Below are positions 29,511 through 39,317 of a stretch of 64,000 nt of DNA, piece after piece. This DNA is from an uncultured virus (IMG/VR IMGVR_UViG_3300032116_000116) (taxonomy: Duplodnaviria > Heunggongvirae > Uroviricota > Caudoviricetes), in the IMG/VR virus record IMGVR_UViG_3300032116_000116, positions 1 through 64,000 of that record. One strand, written 5' to 3'. The first letter of the stretch is position 1. Every line of letters starts with the position of its first letter. The position numbers were made by a program, and so were the translations under genes. Below the pieces are notes generated by a model. It was not told the origin of the DNA and did not search any database. It saw only the letters and a list, made by a program, of their open reading frames with translations.

Positions 29511-29635
29511 CCACAGAACTCCGTGTTCACCAGATTCGCTGGTGGTGAATTTATGTGGCGGATCGTATTACAGATAAAGGTGGTATTACACGCCACATAA
29601 ATTTTTTGGTTCAGATCCAGGTTTCCACCAGTGAA
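29511..29635. repeat. Inverted-box element
   Basis: Perfect 13-bp inverted repeat AATTTATGTGGCG/CGCCACATAAATT, plus outer CTGGTGG/CCACCAG. Confidence 0.9.
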
Positions 29636-29719
29636 ACTCTTTAACAATAGATTAACAAAATAAATTTGGAATATAAGGTTTAATGATGTATATTTGTTAA
29701 ACAATTAAAACATACTACA

Positions 29720-29974
29720 ATGGACAAAAACAAACTAATTAACAGAATTGAAAACATTGGTTTTCTTCTCGGTTGTTTTATCGGTTTATTAACACTTATG
29801 ATGTTGGGGGCGGAACCTACTACTTGGGATGAGGATGGGTTGTACGATTATGAACACCTTTGGGATAAAGGAAATTCGGGTTGGTATGTTATGTGGACTT
29901 GGGTTTGGTCAGTTGTTACTTTGATTGGGTTGATAGTGGTTAGGTCATTCATTAAGAAAAGTTTAACAAAATAA
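29720..29974 (+). CDS. Small two-TM membrane protein
   Basis: Hydrophobic segments; promoter upstream. Confidence 0.7.
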   Translation: MDKNKLINRIENIGFLLGCFIGLLTLMMLGAEPTTWDEDGLYDYEHLWDKGNSGWYVMWTWVWSVVTLIGLIVVRSFIKKSLTK

Positions 29975-30031
29975 ATTTGGTTTTACTCGGTATAAGTTGT
30001 ATATTTGTATAAACAATTAAAAACAAAAATT

Positions 30032-30226
30032 ATGAAAAAGTTTTTCAGTTCTATTCTCGGTTTTCACTTGACAATTATGGTTGGGTTGGTTGTTATGTTT
30101 TACTTCAACAACTTGGAAGATAACTACCTAACAATCATTAACAACATTTTCTTGGTTATGATGTCTTTATCCGTTGTGTTATCGGTGGTCTTATGTTACT
30201 TTGACAAACGAATTTCTAAAAGATAG
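30032..30226 (+). CDS. Small two-TM membrane protein
   Basis: Start taken at MKKFF after a promoter. Confidence 0.65.
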   Translation: MKKFFSSILGFHLTIMVGLVVMFYFNNLEDNYLTIINNIFLVMMSLSVVLSVVLCYFDKRISKR

Positions 30227-30480
30227 TTGTAGTTTTAATTGTGAACGAAACCACTCCGAAAGGGGTGGTTTTTTTATTTGTGGTATTACACAAAACTTGA
30301 ATCGCGGTTCGAGCTGGGATTACACCTTTTTCTGTGGCGATCCGTATTACAGAAACCCACTCGCCATAAAAAAAGTTTACCAGGACGACAGGTATGAATA
30401 TGGTTTTGAAAAATAAATTTGGAATCAAAAAATATAAGTTGTATATTTGTGTATTATCTAACAAATTAAATTTATATCAA

Positions 30481-30822
30481 ATGAAAGAACAAAATGAATG
30501 TAATGGAAAAATGTTTCCGAAAGGTTTTTGGTCAAAGAATGGTAAGCCCACACAAAACGCCTTAATGATGTATTTTGTGTATTTGACACATTTACCTGAA
30601 AGTTGGAAAAAGAAAGTAGTACACAAACCCTCACTCGAAAAAACACGACAATACTTTGATGTTGATTATGGTATTGAATGTATGTTAACTTGGGGGATAC
30701 AATTTGGTTGTAAAAATTCTAAAACGTCAGATGAAAGACACCACGCAATGTCTTTGGCTTATCACGACGCTTTGGGTATGATTGGTCAAGGTTACCGATA
30801 CACCGAATTGAAAATTAAGTAG
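30481..30822 (+). CDS. Early hypothetical protein
   Basis: Start taken at MKEQ after a promoter. Confidence 0.7.
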   Translation: MKEQNECNGKMFPKGFWSKNGKPTQNALMMYFVYLTHLPESWKKKVVHKPSLEKTRQYFDVDYGIECMLTWGIQFGCKNSKTSDERHHAMSLAYHDALGMIGQGYRYTELKIK

Positions 30823-31075
30823 TGTTTGGTTTTAATTGTGAACGAAAAGTCCTCAACGAAAGTTGGGGATTTTTTTTGTCAAGTCACAGACCTCCGTGTT
30901 CACCAGATTCGCTGGTGGACATTTTTTGTGGCTGATCCTATTAGAGAAACCGACAAGCCATAGAAATTTCAGGATGGAAGGTGATCCGAATTCACCTTCA
31001 CAAAATTTTAACAAAAAAAATTTGGAATAAGTATGTATATGTTGTATATTTGTATAAATAATTAAAAAAAACATT

Positions 31076-31213
31076 ATGAAAAAGATTTATTCAGTTATCG
31101 TAGTTATCGTTCTTGTATCATTAACAATGTCCTCTTGTAAAACAAGTGGGTATGGTTGTAAGGGGAAAGAAAGTTGGGGTGGATTGATGAAAAGAATTAA
31201 CAAACCTTATTAG
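31076..31213 (+). CDS. Mini-lipoprotein (45 aa)
   Basis: Own translation MKKIYSVIVVIVLVSLTMSSC-KTSGYGC...; lipobox; promoter and terminator. Confidence 0.65.
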   Translation: MKKIYSVIVVIVLVSLTMSSCKTSGYGCKGKESWGGLMKRINKPY

Positions 31214-31329
31214 TAGTATGGTTGGTTTTAACCCGATGTTTTTACATCGGGTTTTTTATTTTTTTTAACATTTTAGATTTGAAATATAATATTTATTGTT
31301 GTATATTTGTTTAACTAAACCCACTCACT

Positions 31330-31533
31330 ATGAATTTACAATTAAGAACTGAACTAATCGGAAAAAGAATTATGATGATTTTTATGGATGACCCTCAACC
31401 TATTGAACCAAACACAATGGGTACAATTATCGGAGTTGATGGGTTAAATCAATATCAAGTCAAATGGGATAACGGAAGAAGTTTATCGGTTATACCCGAA
31501 GAAGACCAATTCGTCATTATTGACACAGAGTAG
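31330..31533 (+). CDS. DUF4314-like small protein
   Basis: MDDPQP....GT..GVD...Q..V.WDNG.SL..IP..D.F. Confidence 0.75.
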   Translation: MNLQLRTELIGKRIMMIFMDDPQPIEPNTMGTIIGVDGLNQYQVKWDNGRSLSVIPEEDQFVIIDTE

Positions 31534-31793
31534 TCCGTTCGTTCCCTCATAAAGACAAACCTCAACAGAAATGTTGGGGTTTTTTGTTTCTCCACAGAAC
31601 TCCGTGTTCACCATGCTCCCGGTATGTCATTTTCTGTGGCTGATCGTATTACAGGAAGTTAGACGCCAAAGAAATTTCCAACGACCCGGATCAGGAAATC
31701 GCCTGTCGGTTATCTTCACAAAGTTTTAACAAAATAAATTTGGAATATAAAGTATAATGATGTATATTTGTTAAACAATTAAAAACTACTACA

Positions 31794-31904
31794 ATGAAAC
31801 AAGACAATTCTGACCAATGGATTCAAGGATTAACATTAATAATCTGTTTTATTACACTTGTTATTGTAATCTCCTTAAAGTATTATCTAACGGGTGAAAT
31901 CTAA
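31794..31904 (+). CDS. 36-aa single-TM peptide
   Basis: Own translation; directly after a promoter. Confidence 0.5.
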   Translation: MKQDNSDQWIQGLTLIICFITLVIVISLKYYLTGEI

Positions 31905-31946
31905 AATAAATTTGGAATATAATAAATAATACCTTATATTTGTGTT

Positions 31947-32057
31947 ATGAAACAGAAATACGAAAATAGATTTTACAAAATTTTACTTTTATTTTGGATG
32001 ATGGTATTCACCTTTGTTTACTTTCAAATAAAATATCAATTAGTTTTCCATTTCTAA
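31947..32057 (+). CDS. 36-aa single-TM peptide
   Basis: Own translation; ATG a few nt after the -7 box. Confidence 0.45.
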   Translation: MKQKYENRFYKILLLFWMMVFTFVYFQIKYQLVFHF

Positions 32058-32067
32058 AAAACGAAAT

Positions 32068-32220
32068 ATGAAAAATAATTATTTAAGTACAATTAAAAGA
32101 AAGGAACAAGTACAACAAGGAATGTACGATGGTCGTTTCCGTAGTCGTGTGGTGGTAGATAAGAAGAAGAAAGAAAGTAAAAACAAATGTCGTGTTAAAC
32201 TTAAAATCAATTATGTATGA
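32068..32220 (+). CDS. Small basic protein with ArfA-like motif
   Basis: Own translation includes GMYDGRFRSRVVVDKKKKES; ATGA overlap with the next gene. Confidence 0.55.
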   Translation: MKNNYLSTIKRKEQVQQGMYDGRFRSRVVVDKKKKESKNKCRVKLKINYV

Positions 32221-32426
32221 TACTTGAATTACATTCAGTCGGAAGTGTTATTGACACAGAAACACTATTCACATATCCAATGTTACTAAATGGTGGATAT
32301 GATAAAAATCAAAATGTCCATATTGACGATGTTGATATAGAGTGGTTTCATAGTTTGTCTGATGAAGATTTTGGAACAATAAATGAGTTAATCAATCAAA
32401 GAAACATTAAATCGGAAATAGTATGA
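32217..32426 (+). CDS. Early hypothetical protein
   Basis: 69 aa, translationally coupled. Confidence 0.65.
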   Translation: MILELHSVGSVIDTETLFTYPMLLNGGYDKNQNVHIDDVDIEWFHSLSDEDFGTINELINQRNIKSEIV

Positions 32427-32551
32427 ACAGAGATAGACTAAATAAAATTGAAGAAATTGGTTTTCGTATTACAATGATATTGGTGTTTAGTGTTTTCACT
32501 ATTTGGTTGATTGGAACGATTGTCAAGTTAATAATGATATTGTCGTCATAG
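32423..32551 (+). CDS. 42-aa membrane peptide
   Basis: Own translation MNRDRLNKIEEIGF...; N-terminus resembles 29720. Confidence 0.5.
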   Translation: MNRDRLNKIEEIGFRITMILVFSVFTIWLIGTIVKLIMILSS

Positions 32552-32820
32552 TTTAGGTTTGGTTTTAATTGTGAAGAAATCCCTCAACGAAAGTTGGGGG
32601 ATTTTCTTTTGGAGGAACTTGAGTCGTGGTTCACCGTGTCTTCAGGGATTTTTTGTGGCTGATCGTATTCAGGTCAACCTCACAAGCCACGGAAATTTGG
32701 TAATCCGAATCACCTGTTTTCCTTCAGGAAATCCTTTCACAAATTTTTAACAAATTATTTTTGGAATAAAAATTTATATGGTGTATATTTGTTATATCAT
32801 TAACAATTAAAACAAACATT

Positions 32821-32988
32821 ATGAAAAAGTTACTTGGTCTTATCGTTATCGTGGTTTTATTTTCTTCTTGTAGTCATTATGTAAACGGAGGTGGTGGAGG
32901 TTGTGGGGTATGGTATCCTCGTAAATTTGAAAAAACAAAGGTGTTCCCTACTCGAAATCATCCAATGTATCGACACTTCGGAGGATAG
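32821..32988 (+). CDS. Mini-lipoprotein (55 aa); paralog of 34348-34542
   Basis: Own translation MKKLLGLIVIVVLFSSC...GCGVWYPRKFE. Confidence 0.75.
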   Translation: MKKLLGLIVIVVLFSSCSHYVNGGGGGCGVWYPRKFEKTKVFPTRNHPMYRHFGG

Positions 32989-33258
32989 TGTTCTAAATAA
33001 ACCTATCAATAAAAATCCCTGACAATAGTCGGGGATTTTTTTTTCAAACACAAGAAGATGTGATCCGGATCAGCTCGACCGTGGATTTTCTCTGGCTCAG
33101 GTCAACCTACAAGCCAAAGAAAATTAATAATCCAGATCCCGTCCCTGAAATTTTAACAAAACTTTAACACAAAATCCTTTAACAACATTTTAACAATAAA
33201 AATTTGGAAATAGGTAGTAATAAGTTGTATATTTGTATAAACAATTAAAACAAATTTT

Positions 33259-33786
33259 ATGAAACAGAAACAAAGAGTATTTGTAACAGAAAGAGAGTTG
33301 TTAATTATCTTAATGAGTATTGACAAACCTACATTCACTCACATTGTATCTAAAACCAAAGTGAGAATGAATAAAGGTGGTAATCCGTATTTTGATAAAG
33401 TTACCAAACACTCAAAAGGTAACTACTTCATCGGTGGTAGTTATGAGGATATGGTAAACACTCGTTGTGTGAAAGAGGGTATTGAACCTAATTTTGAAAG
33501 TCAAGAATGTTCAGTCGGAGAACATATTACCAAGTGTGTTCAGTATAATGAGAACTTACAGAGGTACTATCTTCAATACTTCATCTTCCCTACAAGTAAC
33601 ATCAAGAGTGAATTTACCTATGAGGGAGATAGTATTGAGAGAGAGTTGTTCCGTAGTTATGAGGTAAAGAGGTCGGAGAGTTCAAGACAACCACAAGAGA
33701 ACAAACACAAACCACAATCGTTTATGGTATCTTCCATTGAGGAAATGACACTAAACGGAACGGAATATGTGGTGGTAGGTAGATAA
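33259..33786 (+). CDS. Early hypothetical protein; paralog of 26725-27246
   Basis: Extensive shared motifs; no Ala in 175 aa. Confidence 0.8.
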   Translation: MKQKQRVFVTERELLIILMSIDKPTFTHIVSKTKVRMNKGGNPYFDKVTKHSKGNYFIGGSYEDMVNTRCVKEGIEPNFESQECSVGEHITKCVQYNENLQRYYLQYFIFPTSNIKSEFTYEGDSIERELFRSYEVKRSESSRQPQENKHKPQSFMVSSIEEMTLNGTEYVVVGR

Positions 33787-34047
33787 GGTATTACACAACC
33801 GAAATATAAGGTAGTCATTTGACTACCTTTTTTTATGTCCATACCTATCCACGAGTCGTAGACAGAAGACGCGTCCGAAAATTTCTCTGGCGGATCGGTA
33901 TTCGTATTACAGGAGCCACGGAAATTTCAACATCTCAGTAGACATCTCCTCGTCATCGTTAAATTCATTATGAAAACATTAACAGAGATTTTTTGGAGAT
34001 ATAAGGTATTACATAGTATATTTGATAAACAATTAAAAACATATACT

Positions 34048-34269
34048 ATGAACAAAGAAACAATCAAAGTGGTGGTGTGTTATTGTAACTCACTTCCCAA
34101 AGGTTTTATGACACTTCGGAATTTCTTAAACTTTACAAATCGTTCGTGGTGGGATAGTACCAAAACTATTGAGATACCAAAAGAGTATTGGGAGAATGTC
34201 CACATTGGGAACATAGATAGGTATGTTGAAATGTATGAGAATAACCCTAAGTGGTGGAATGTTGTATAA
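34048..34269 (+). CDS. Early hypothetical protein
   Basis: Start taken at MNKETIK after a promoter. Confidence 0.65.
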   Translation: MNKETIKVVVCYCNSLPKGFMTLRNFLNFTNRSWWDSTKTIEIPKEYWENVHIGNIDRYVEMYENNPKWWNVV

Positions 34270-34347
34270 ATTTTAACAAATTAAATTTGGAATATAAATT
34301 TATTTGTTGTATATTTGTTCTATCATTAACAATTAAAACAATACATT

Positions 34348-34542
34348 ATGAAAAAGTTACTCGGTCTTATCGTTGTGGTTATCATCTTTTCAAGTTGTGG
34401 AACAACTTATTACGGAACAAGTGGTGGGAATGGTTGTGGTGTGTGGTTTCCCAAAAAATTTGAAAGGGATAGAAGTCATCAAAGAAGAATGAATTGGATA
34501 AACAATCCAAATTCGGGTAGGTATCGTAGTGGTGTTCATTAA
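34348..34542 (+). CDS. Mini-lipoprotein
   Basis: MKKLLGLIVVVIIFSSC lipobox; GCGVWFPKKFE. Confidence 0.75.
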   Translation: MKKLLGLIVVVIIFSSCGTTYYGTSGGNGCGVWFPKKFERDRSHQRRMNWINNPNSGRYRSGVH

Positions 34543-34582
34543 AAAAAAATTCTTATCTTCGTTAAACCTTAAATCAATTTTT

Positions 34583-34765
34583 ATGAAACAATTACTTTTT
34601 ATCTTGTTCGGTATTAAACCTCAACAAAAATTCAGAGAGTTGAAATTTGAAAAGAAACAATATCCTTTAAGGGAGTTCAATCAAACTGACTTTGAAAAGT
34701 GGTGTAACGAATTTAGAGTTGGTTGTATGGATGGAAAAAGGATAGTTCATTTTGAAATTGGGTAA
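34583..34765 (+). CDS. Early hypothetical protein
   Basis: Start taken at MKQLL; terminator follows. Confidence 0.6.
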   Translation: MKQLLFILFGIKPQQKFRELKFEKKQYPLREFNQTDFEKWCNEFRVGCMDGKRIVHFEIG

Positions 34766-35028
34766 TCACTTACCTTTGATAACAAAGTCCTCAACGAAAG
34801 TTGGGGATTTTTTTTGTCCAAAACCCAAGAAGATGTGATCCGGATCAGCTCCATCCGGGATTTTACGTGGCAGATCGGTATTCGTATTACAGAAGCCACA
34901 AAAATTCCACTTCAGGACGACAGGTATGATTCTGATTTTTATTTTAACACTTTTTAACAAAAATAAATTTGGAGTGGAATTGTATATGTTGTATATTCGT
35001 GTATTGTTAAACAATTAAAACTAAACGT

Positions 35029-35253
35029 ATGACAAACTTACAAAGAATTGGTAATTGGTATTCAGTTACAATTAATGATACTAACTACAATGTCCTTATT
35101 CAAAAAGATGATAATAAGGTTACTTGTGAACCTTCCTCAATTATTGTATTTGACGAAGATTTCAAAGAGGTTGACAAACCAAGTGTGTATGATGATATGA
35201 TAAGTATATTTGAAAAAGTTGACTTCAAATACGATATGATTGATGATGATTAA
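35029..35253 (+). CDS. Acidic early hypothetical protein
   Basis: Promoter upstream. Confidence 0.65.
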   Translation: MTNLQRIGNWYSVTINDTNYNVLIQKDDNKVTCEPSSIIVFDEDFKEVDKPSVYDDMISIFEKVDFKYDMIDDD

Positions 35254-35336
35254 CTAATCTTTAACAAAATAAATTTGGAATGAAAGTTTATATCGTGTAT
35301 ATTTGTGTATTGTTAAACAATTAAAATTAAAAACAA

Positions 35337-35678
35337 ATGAACTTTGTAATCACACACTACGGAAAAAATGTTGATGAACTCAACGAAAAAGAAAAAGCAT
35401 TATTAATGGTTGATACCCTTATGACTACTCTTTTTATGAAAAAGAAAGAAGATGGTCTTGAACCGATTGAGGATATTATGTGTAACTCTTTGAGTAACAA
35501 AAGAAACGGAATTGTCCTTGACATTATGGGTTGGGAACAAGGGGAAACTCGTGAGGAAAAATTGGAACTCCTTGAAAGAATGGAACAGACAAAGTATAGT
35601 TATACTAAATTCTTAAAGGATATGAGAATTAATGTTAAGAAACACGATGAAATGGAAAGAGTATCATCATTGAATTAA
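35337..35678 (+). CDS. Early hypothetical protein
   Basis: Promoter and terminator. Confidence 0.7.
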   Translation: MNFVITHYGKNVDELNEKEKALLMVDTLMTTLFMKKKEDGLEPIEDIMCNSLSNKRNGIVLDIMGWEQGETREEKLELLERMEQTKYSYTKFLKDMRINVKKHDEMERVSSLN

Positions 35679-35987
35679 TTTTGGATTATCGTTTCATATT
35701 TACCCCCGATGTTTTTACATTGGGGGTTTTTGTTTCCCCGAACTCACCTTCACAGACAGCTCCATCGGGGAATTTATCTGGCGGATCGGTTTATGGACGC
35801 CACGGAAATTTCTGGATGGAAGGATGCTCCTTCAGAAAATAAAATTTGTTAATAGTTTTTAACAAAATAAATTTGGAATAGGGGTGTATAAGTTGTATAT
35901 TTGTGTTATGAAGAAACTAAAACCTTACATATTTCCGATTATATTGGTTATGTATGTTTTAATTAAAACATTCTTCAAACATTAATT

Positions 35988-36533
35988 ATGAAAACTTTAA
36001 TTATTCACCCGAAAGACAGAACGACTGATTTTTTAAGTGTATTTTACCAAAACATACCCGATAAGGTTGTTATTAGTGGTGGGTACTCAAAAGATGAAGT
36101 TAGGGAAATGATAAAGGACTTTGATAGGGTTATTATGTGTGGACACGGAACTCCCAATGGGTTGATGTCCGTAGGTCAATTCAAAAGTAGTTGGGGGTTT
36201 ATCATTGACGAAACCTTTGTTGATGTGTTGAGTGAGAAAACTGAAAATATCTTTATATGGTGTAACGCGGACAAGTTTGTTCGTAAACATAACCTCAAAG
36301 GGTTTTTCAGTGGTATGTTTATTTCCGAAGTCGGAGAAAGTGAGTATTGTGGTGTACCCTCTCCACAAGATATTGTAACGGAAAGTAATGATACATTCTC
36401 AAACATTCTCTCAAAGTATATCAATGACAATGTTTCGGTAATTCACAAAAAAGTTACAAAGGAATATGGTAAATTTTCCGAAACTAACCCGATAGGGTAT
36501 TACAATAATAATAGGTTGTACCTTACACAATAG
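35988..36533 (+). CDS. Hypothetical protein, possible caspase/gingipain-like His-Cys fold
   Basis: VIMCGHG ... IFIWCNA spacing. Confidence 0.55.
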   Translation: MKTLIIHPKDRTTDFLSVFYQNIPDKVVISGGYSKDEVREMIKDFDRVIMCGHGTPNGLMSVGQFKSSWGFIIDETFVDVLSEKTENIFIWCNADKFVRKHNLKGFFSGMFISEVGESEYCGVPSPQDIVTESNDTFSNILSKYINDNVSVIHKKVTKEYGKFSETNPIGYYNNNRLYLTQ

Positions 36534-36893
36534 TTTTTTGTCATAAATAAAATAACCCCCGATGTTTCTACATTGGGGGTTTTTGTTTTTGGGGTATTAC
36601 AACAAGATGTGTTGGGACGGTGAGCAGATCAGGGAATTTCTGTGGCTGATCGTATTACACTCGCCATAAAAAAAGTGGAAGACCAGAGCACCAGTCTTCA
36701 GGAAAAACTTGACTAATTAAAAAAAATGTATTACCTTTGTTTTGGTTTTTCACAGGATATTGGATTAATAACCCCCTTATGTTTCTACATTGAGGGGTTT
36801 TTTGTTTTAACAAAGGTTTAACAATAAATATTTGGAAATATAAGATTTTATTTCGTATATTTGTTCTATCAATAACAATTAAAAATTATTTTT

Positions 36894-37112
36894 ATGAAAA
36901 CAAAAATTAAGAACATTGTACTCGCAGTAGTTACTTACTTTATTGGTTTATTCATTGTATCGGTGTTTTTAAGTACATTTCAAACTCCCGATAATCTTAA
37001 CCTACCGACTTTTGGTTATGTGTTATTTTACCTTTATTTCTTCGGGGGAATGTATTTGGTGTATCGTATTTTCTTAAAGAAAAAGAAAGAAATTAAACCC
37101 GAAACATTTTAA
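36894..37112 (+). CDS. Small two-TM membrane protein
   Basis: Hydrophobic; promoter and terminator. Confidence 0.7.
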   Translation: MKTKIKNIVLAVVTYFIGLFIVSVFLSTFQTPDNLNLPTFGYVLFYLYFFGGMYLVYRIFLKKKKEIKPETF

Positions 37113-37238
37113 TCAAAAAGTAACTTAACCCCCGATATTTCGGGGGTTTTTGTTTTAACAAAATTTTAAGAAAATAAATTTGGATTGTGTTTGTATAATT
37201 TGTATATTTGATTATCATTAACAATTAAATTTACAATT

Positions 37239-37526
37239 ATGAAAAAGTTATTTGTAATATCATTTGTTGTTTTTCTTTTCAGTTGTTCAGTTCAAAAAGA
37301 GTGTAATGTGAAATTTAACCTTTCAAATTTAGATATTGACTTAAAAGATAGTGTTAATATAAAAGTAGAAAGAATTGTTTATACATATCTCGGAAATTTT
37401 GTTAGGGGTACTAATAATGTTTGGTATCGTCATCGTGGAATAGTTGATTTTAAGGTTGGTGATAGTGTTGTAGTTTTTAATGAGTTCAAAACTTTACCTC
37501 CTTGTCCTCGTGAGTGGGGGTTTTAA
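37239..37526 (+). CDS. Small lipoprotein
   Basis: MKKLFVISFVVFLFSC lipobox. Confidence 0.7.
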   Translation: MKKLFVISFVVFLFSCSVQKECNVKFNLSNLDIDLKDSVNIKVERIVYTYLGNFVRGTNNVWYRHRGIVDFKVGDSVVVFNEFKTLPPCPREWGF

Positions 37527-37607
37527 GAAAACATTAACAAAATAAATTTGGAATATAAAATTTATTGTTGTATATTTGTGTAACATTAACAATTAAAACA
37601 AAACACA

Positions 37608-38210
37608 ATGGAAGCGATTAACACAATTACCAAAGGAAACTACAAATTAGAAATTTTTCAAGAGGATAGTCCCGAAAGTCCAAGAAGTTGGGATAATTTG
37701 GGAACAATGATTTGTTTTCACGGAAGATACAATTTAGGGGATAAACACGACTATAATCATAGAGATTATTCGGGTTGGGAAGAACAGAAAAAAGAAATTT
37801 CTAAACAAGAGAATGTGTGTGTTATCTTACCCTTGTATCTTTACGACCATAGTGGGATAACAATGAACACAACAGGTTTCAGTTGTGGTTGGGATAGTGG
37901 TCAGGTTGGTTGGATAGTAGTATCAAAGGAAAAAGTGAAAAGTGAATACGGAGTAAAAAGAATTACCAAAGATATTATTGAGAAAGTTACCAATGTGTTG
38001 AAAGGTGAAGTGGAAACATACGACCAATATCTTACGGGTGATGTTTACGGGTATAGAGTATCAAAGATTGAAGTGTGTGATAAGGGTTGTGAACACGATG
38101 AAGAAGTAGATAGTTGTTGGGGTTATTATGGAGAGGAAAGTGTGGAGGCGGAAGGTAAAAGGATATTGGAGTATTACATTAAGGAAGAAGAAAAGAGTGT
38201 TTGTTCATAG
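37608..38210 (+). CDS. Conserved phage/plasmid hypothetical protein
   Basis: SPRSWDNLGT...LPLYLYDHSG...WDSGQVG...SCWGYYG. Confidence 0.75.
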   Translation: MEAINTITKGNYKLEIFQEDSPESPRSWDNLGTMICFHGRYNLGDKHDYNHRDYSGWEEQKKEISKQENVCVILPLYLYDHSGITMNTTGFSCGWDSGQVGWIVVSKEKVKSEYGVKRITKDIIEKVTNVLKGEVETYDQYLTGDVYGYRVSKIEVCDKGCEHDEEVDSCWGYYGEESVEAEGKRILEYYIKEEEKSVCS

Positions 38211-38456
38211 TTTAGTTTTAGTTGTTAAAGGGAAAAGGGTATCAGAAATGATACCTTTTTTTATTGCCCGAATTTGCGCTTAAGCTCGAACCAGTGCGCA
38301 ACAGCTCGTGATTTTCCGTGGCAGATCCGTATTACATGCCACAAAAAAATTACCATCCTGAGTCAGCATTTTCCTTCAGAAAAACATTAACAAATTTTAA
38401 CAAATTAAATTTGGAATAAAACTATATTAGTTGTATATTTGTATAAATTAAATTGT

Positions 38457-38615
38457 ATGGAACAAACAATTAAAAAAGAAAAGAAAAAAAGTGAACCGAA
38501 GTATTTTACGGATGAAGATGCGAAAAATGTATTTGTTTTTCAAGAACCATATAAAACAAGTGTAAAAGGTAAACCTATTCAAAAATCAATATCATTAAAA
38601 TTTCGTAAACGATGA
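38457..38615 (+). CDS. Small basic protein (52 aa)
   Basis: Own translation; ATGA overlap with the next gene. Confidence 0.55.
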   Translation: MEQTIKKEKKKSEPKYFTDEDAKNVFVFQEPYKTSVKGKPIQKSISLKFRKR

Positions 38616-38848
38616 AAAAAAATCTTACTTATTTGTTATTTAGTTTTGTTATCTTTACTACTATCGGTTGTTCAGTTAGTAGGTGTGGATATAAGAATAA
38701 GGTATCAAAAAGACAATTAAAAGAAAGTATGAAGTATTCCGATTGGAGATATTATTATCCAACTAAATCAATTACTCAAACATATCAAAATAATCATTAC
38801 AATGTATATGATTACAATACTCAAAGAAAAACTGAAAAAGACAATTAA
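38612..38848 (+). CDS. Small lipoprotein
   Basis: MKKNLTYLLFSFVIFTTIGC lipobox. Confidence 0.65.
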   Translation: MKKNLTYLLFSFVIFTTIGCSVSRCGYKNKVSKRQLKESMKYSDWRYYYPTKSITQTYQNNHYNVYDYNTQRKTEKDN

Positions 38849-39041
38849 TAATTGTTTTGTTAATGATACTGGATTGGTTGCGAAAGGTATTATCTATCAG
38901 TACGAGGGTAAACCTTTCGCGGGTTATGTCATTTATCAAACATACAAATTCTTTTGGATTACTCAATATAAGACCATTGACCACATTGATAGTTTGGAAA
39001 CATTAAAAGAAGAATATCCAAACATTAAAGTAATATATTAA
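38802..39041 (+). CDS. Hypothetical protein
   Basis: 79 aa; start uncertain. Confidence 0.55.
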   Translation: MYMITILKEKLKKTINNCFVNDTGLVAKGIIYQYEGKPFAGYVIYQTYKFFWITQYKTIDHIDSLETLKEEYPNIKVIY

Positions 39042-39317
39042 AGATTAAGACAAGCAATCAAGTGAAAATTCCCTGATGTTTCTACATCGGGGTTTTTTGT
39101 TTTATGACTGTAAATAGATTACAGTCTGGTCCAGTGCGATCAGGTTGATTTTCTGTGGCAAATCCGTACTATTGTTGCCACAAAATATTTTCCTGATCCG
39201 GATCACCTCCTCCTTCAGTAAATTCATTAAGAAAACTTTAACATAAATTATTTGGAAATATAAACAAAATAGATTTATATTTGTGTACTATCTCACTAAC
39301 TATTAAACTCAAAAAAA

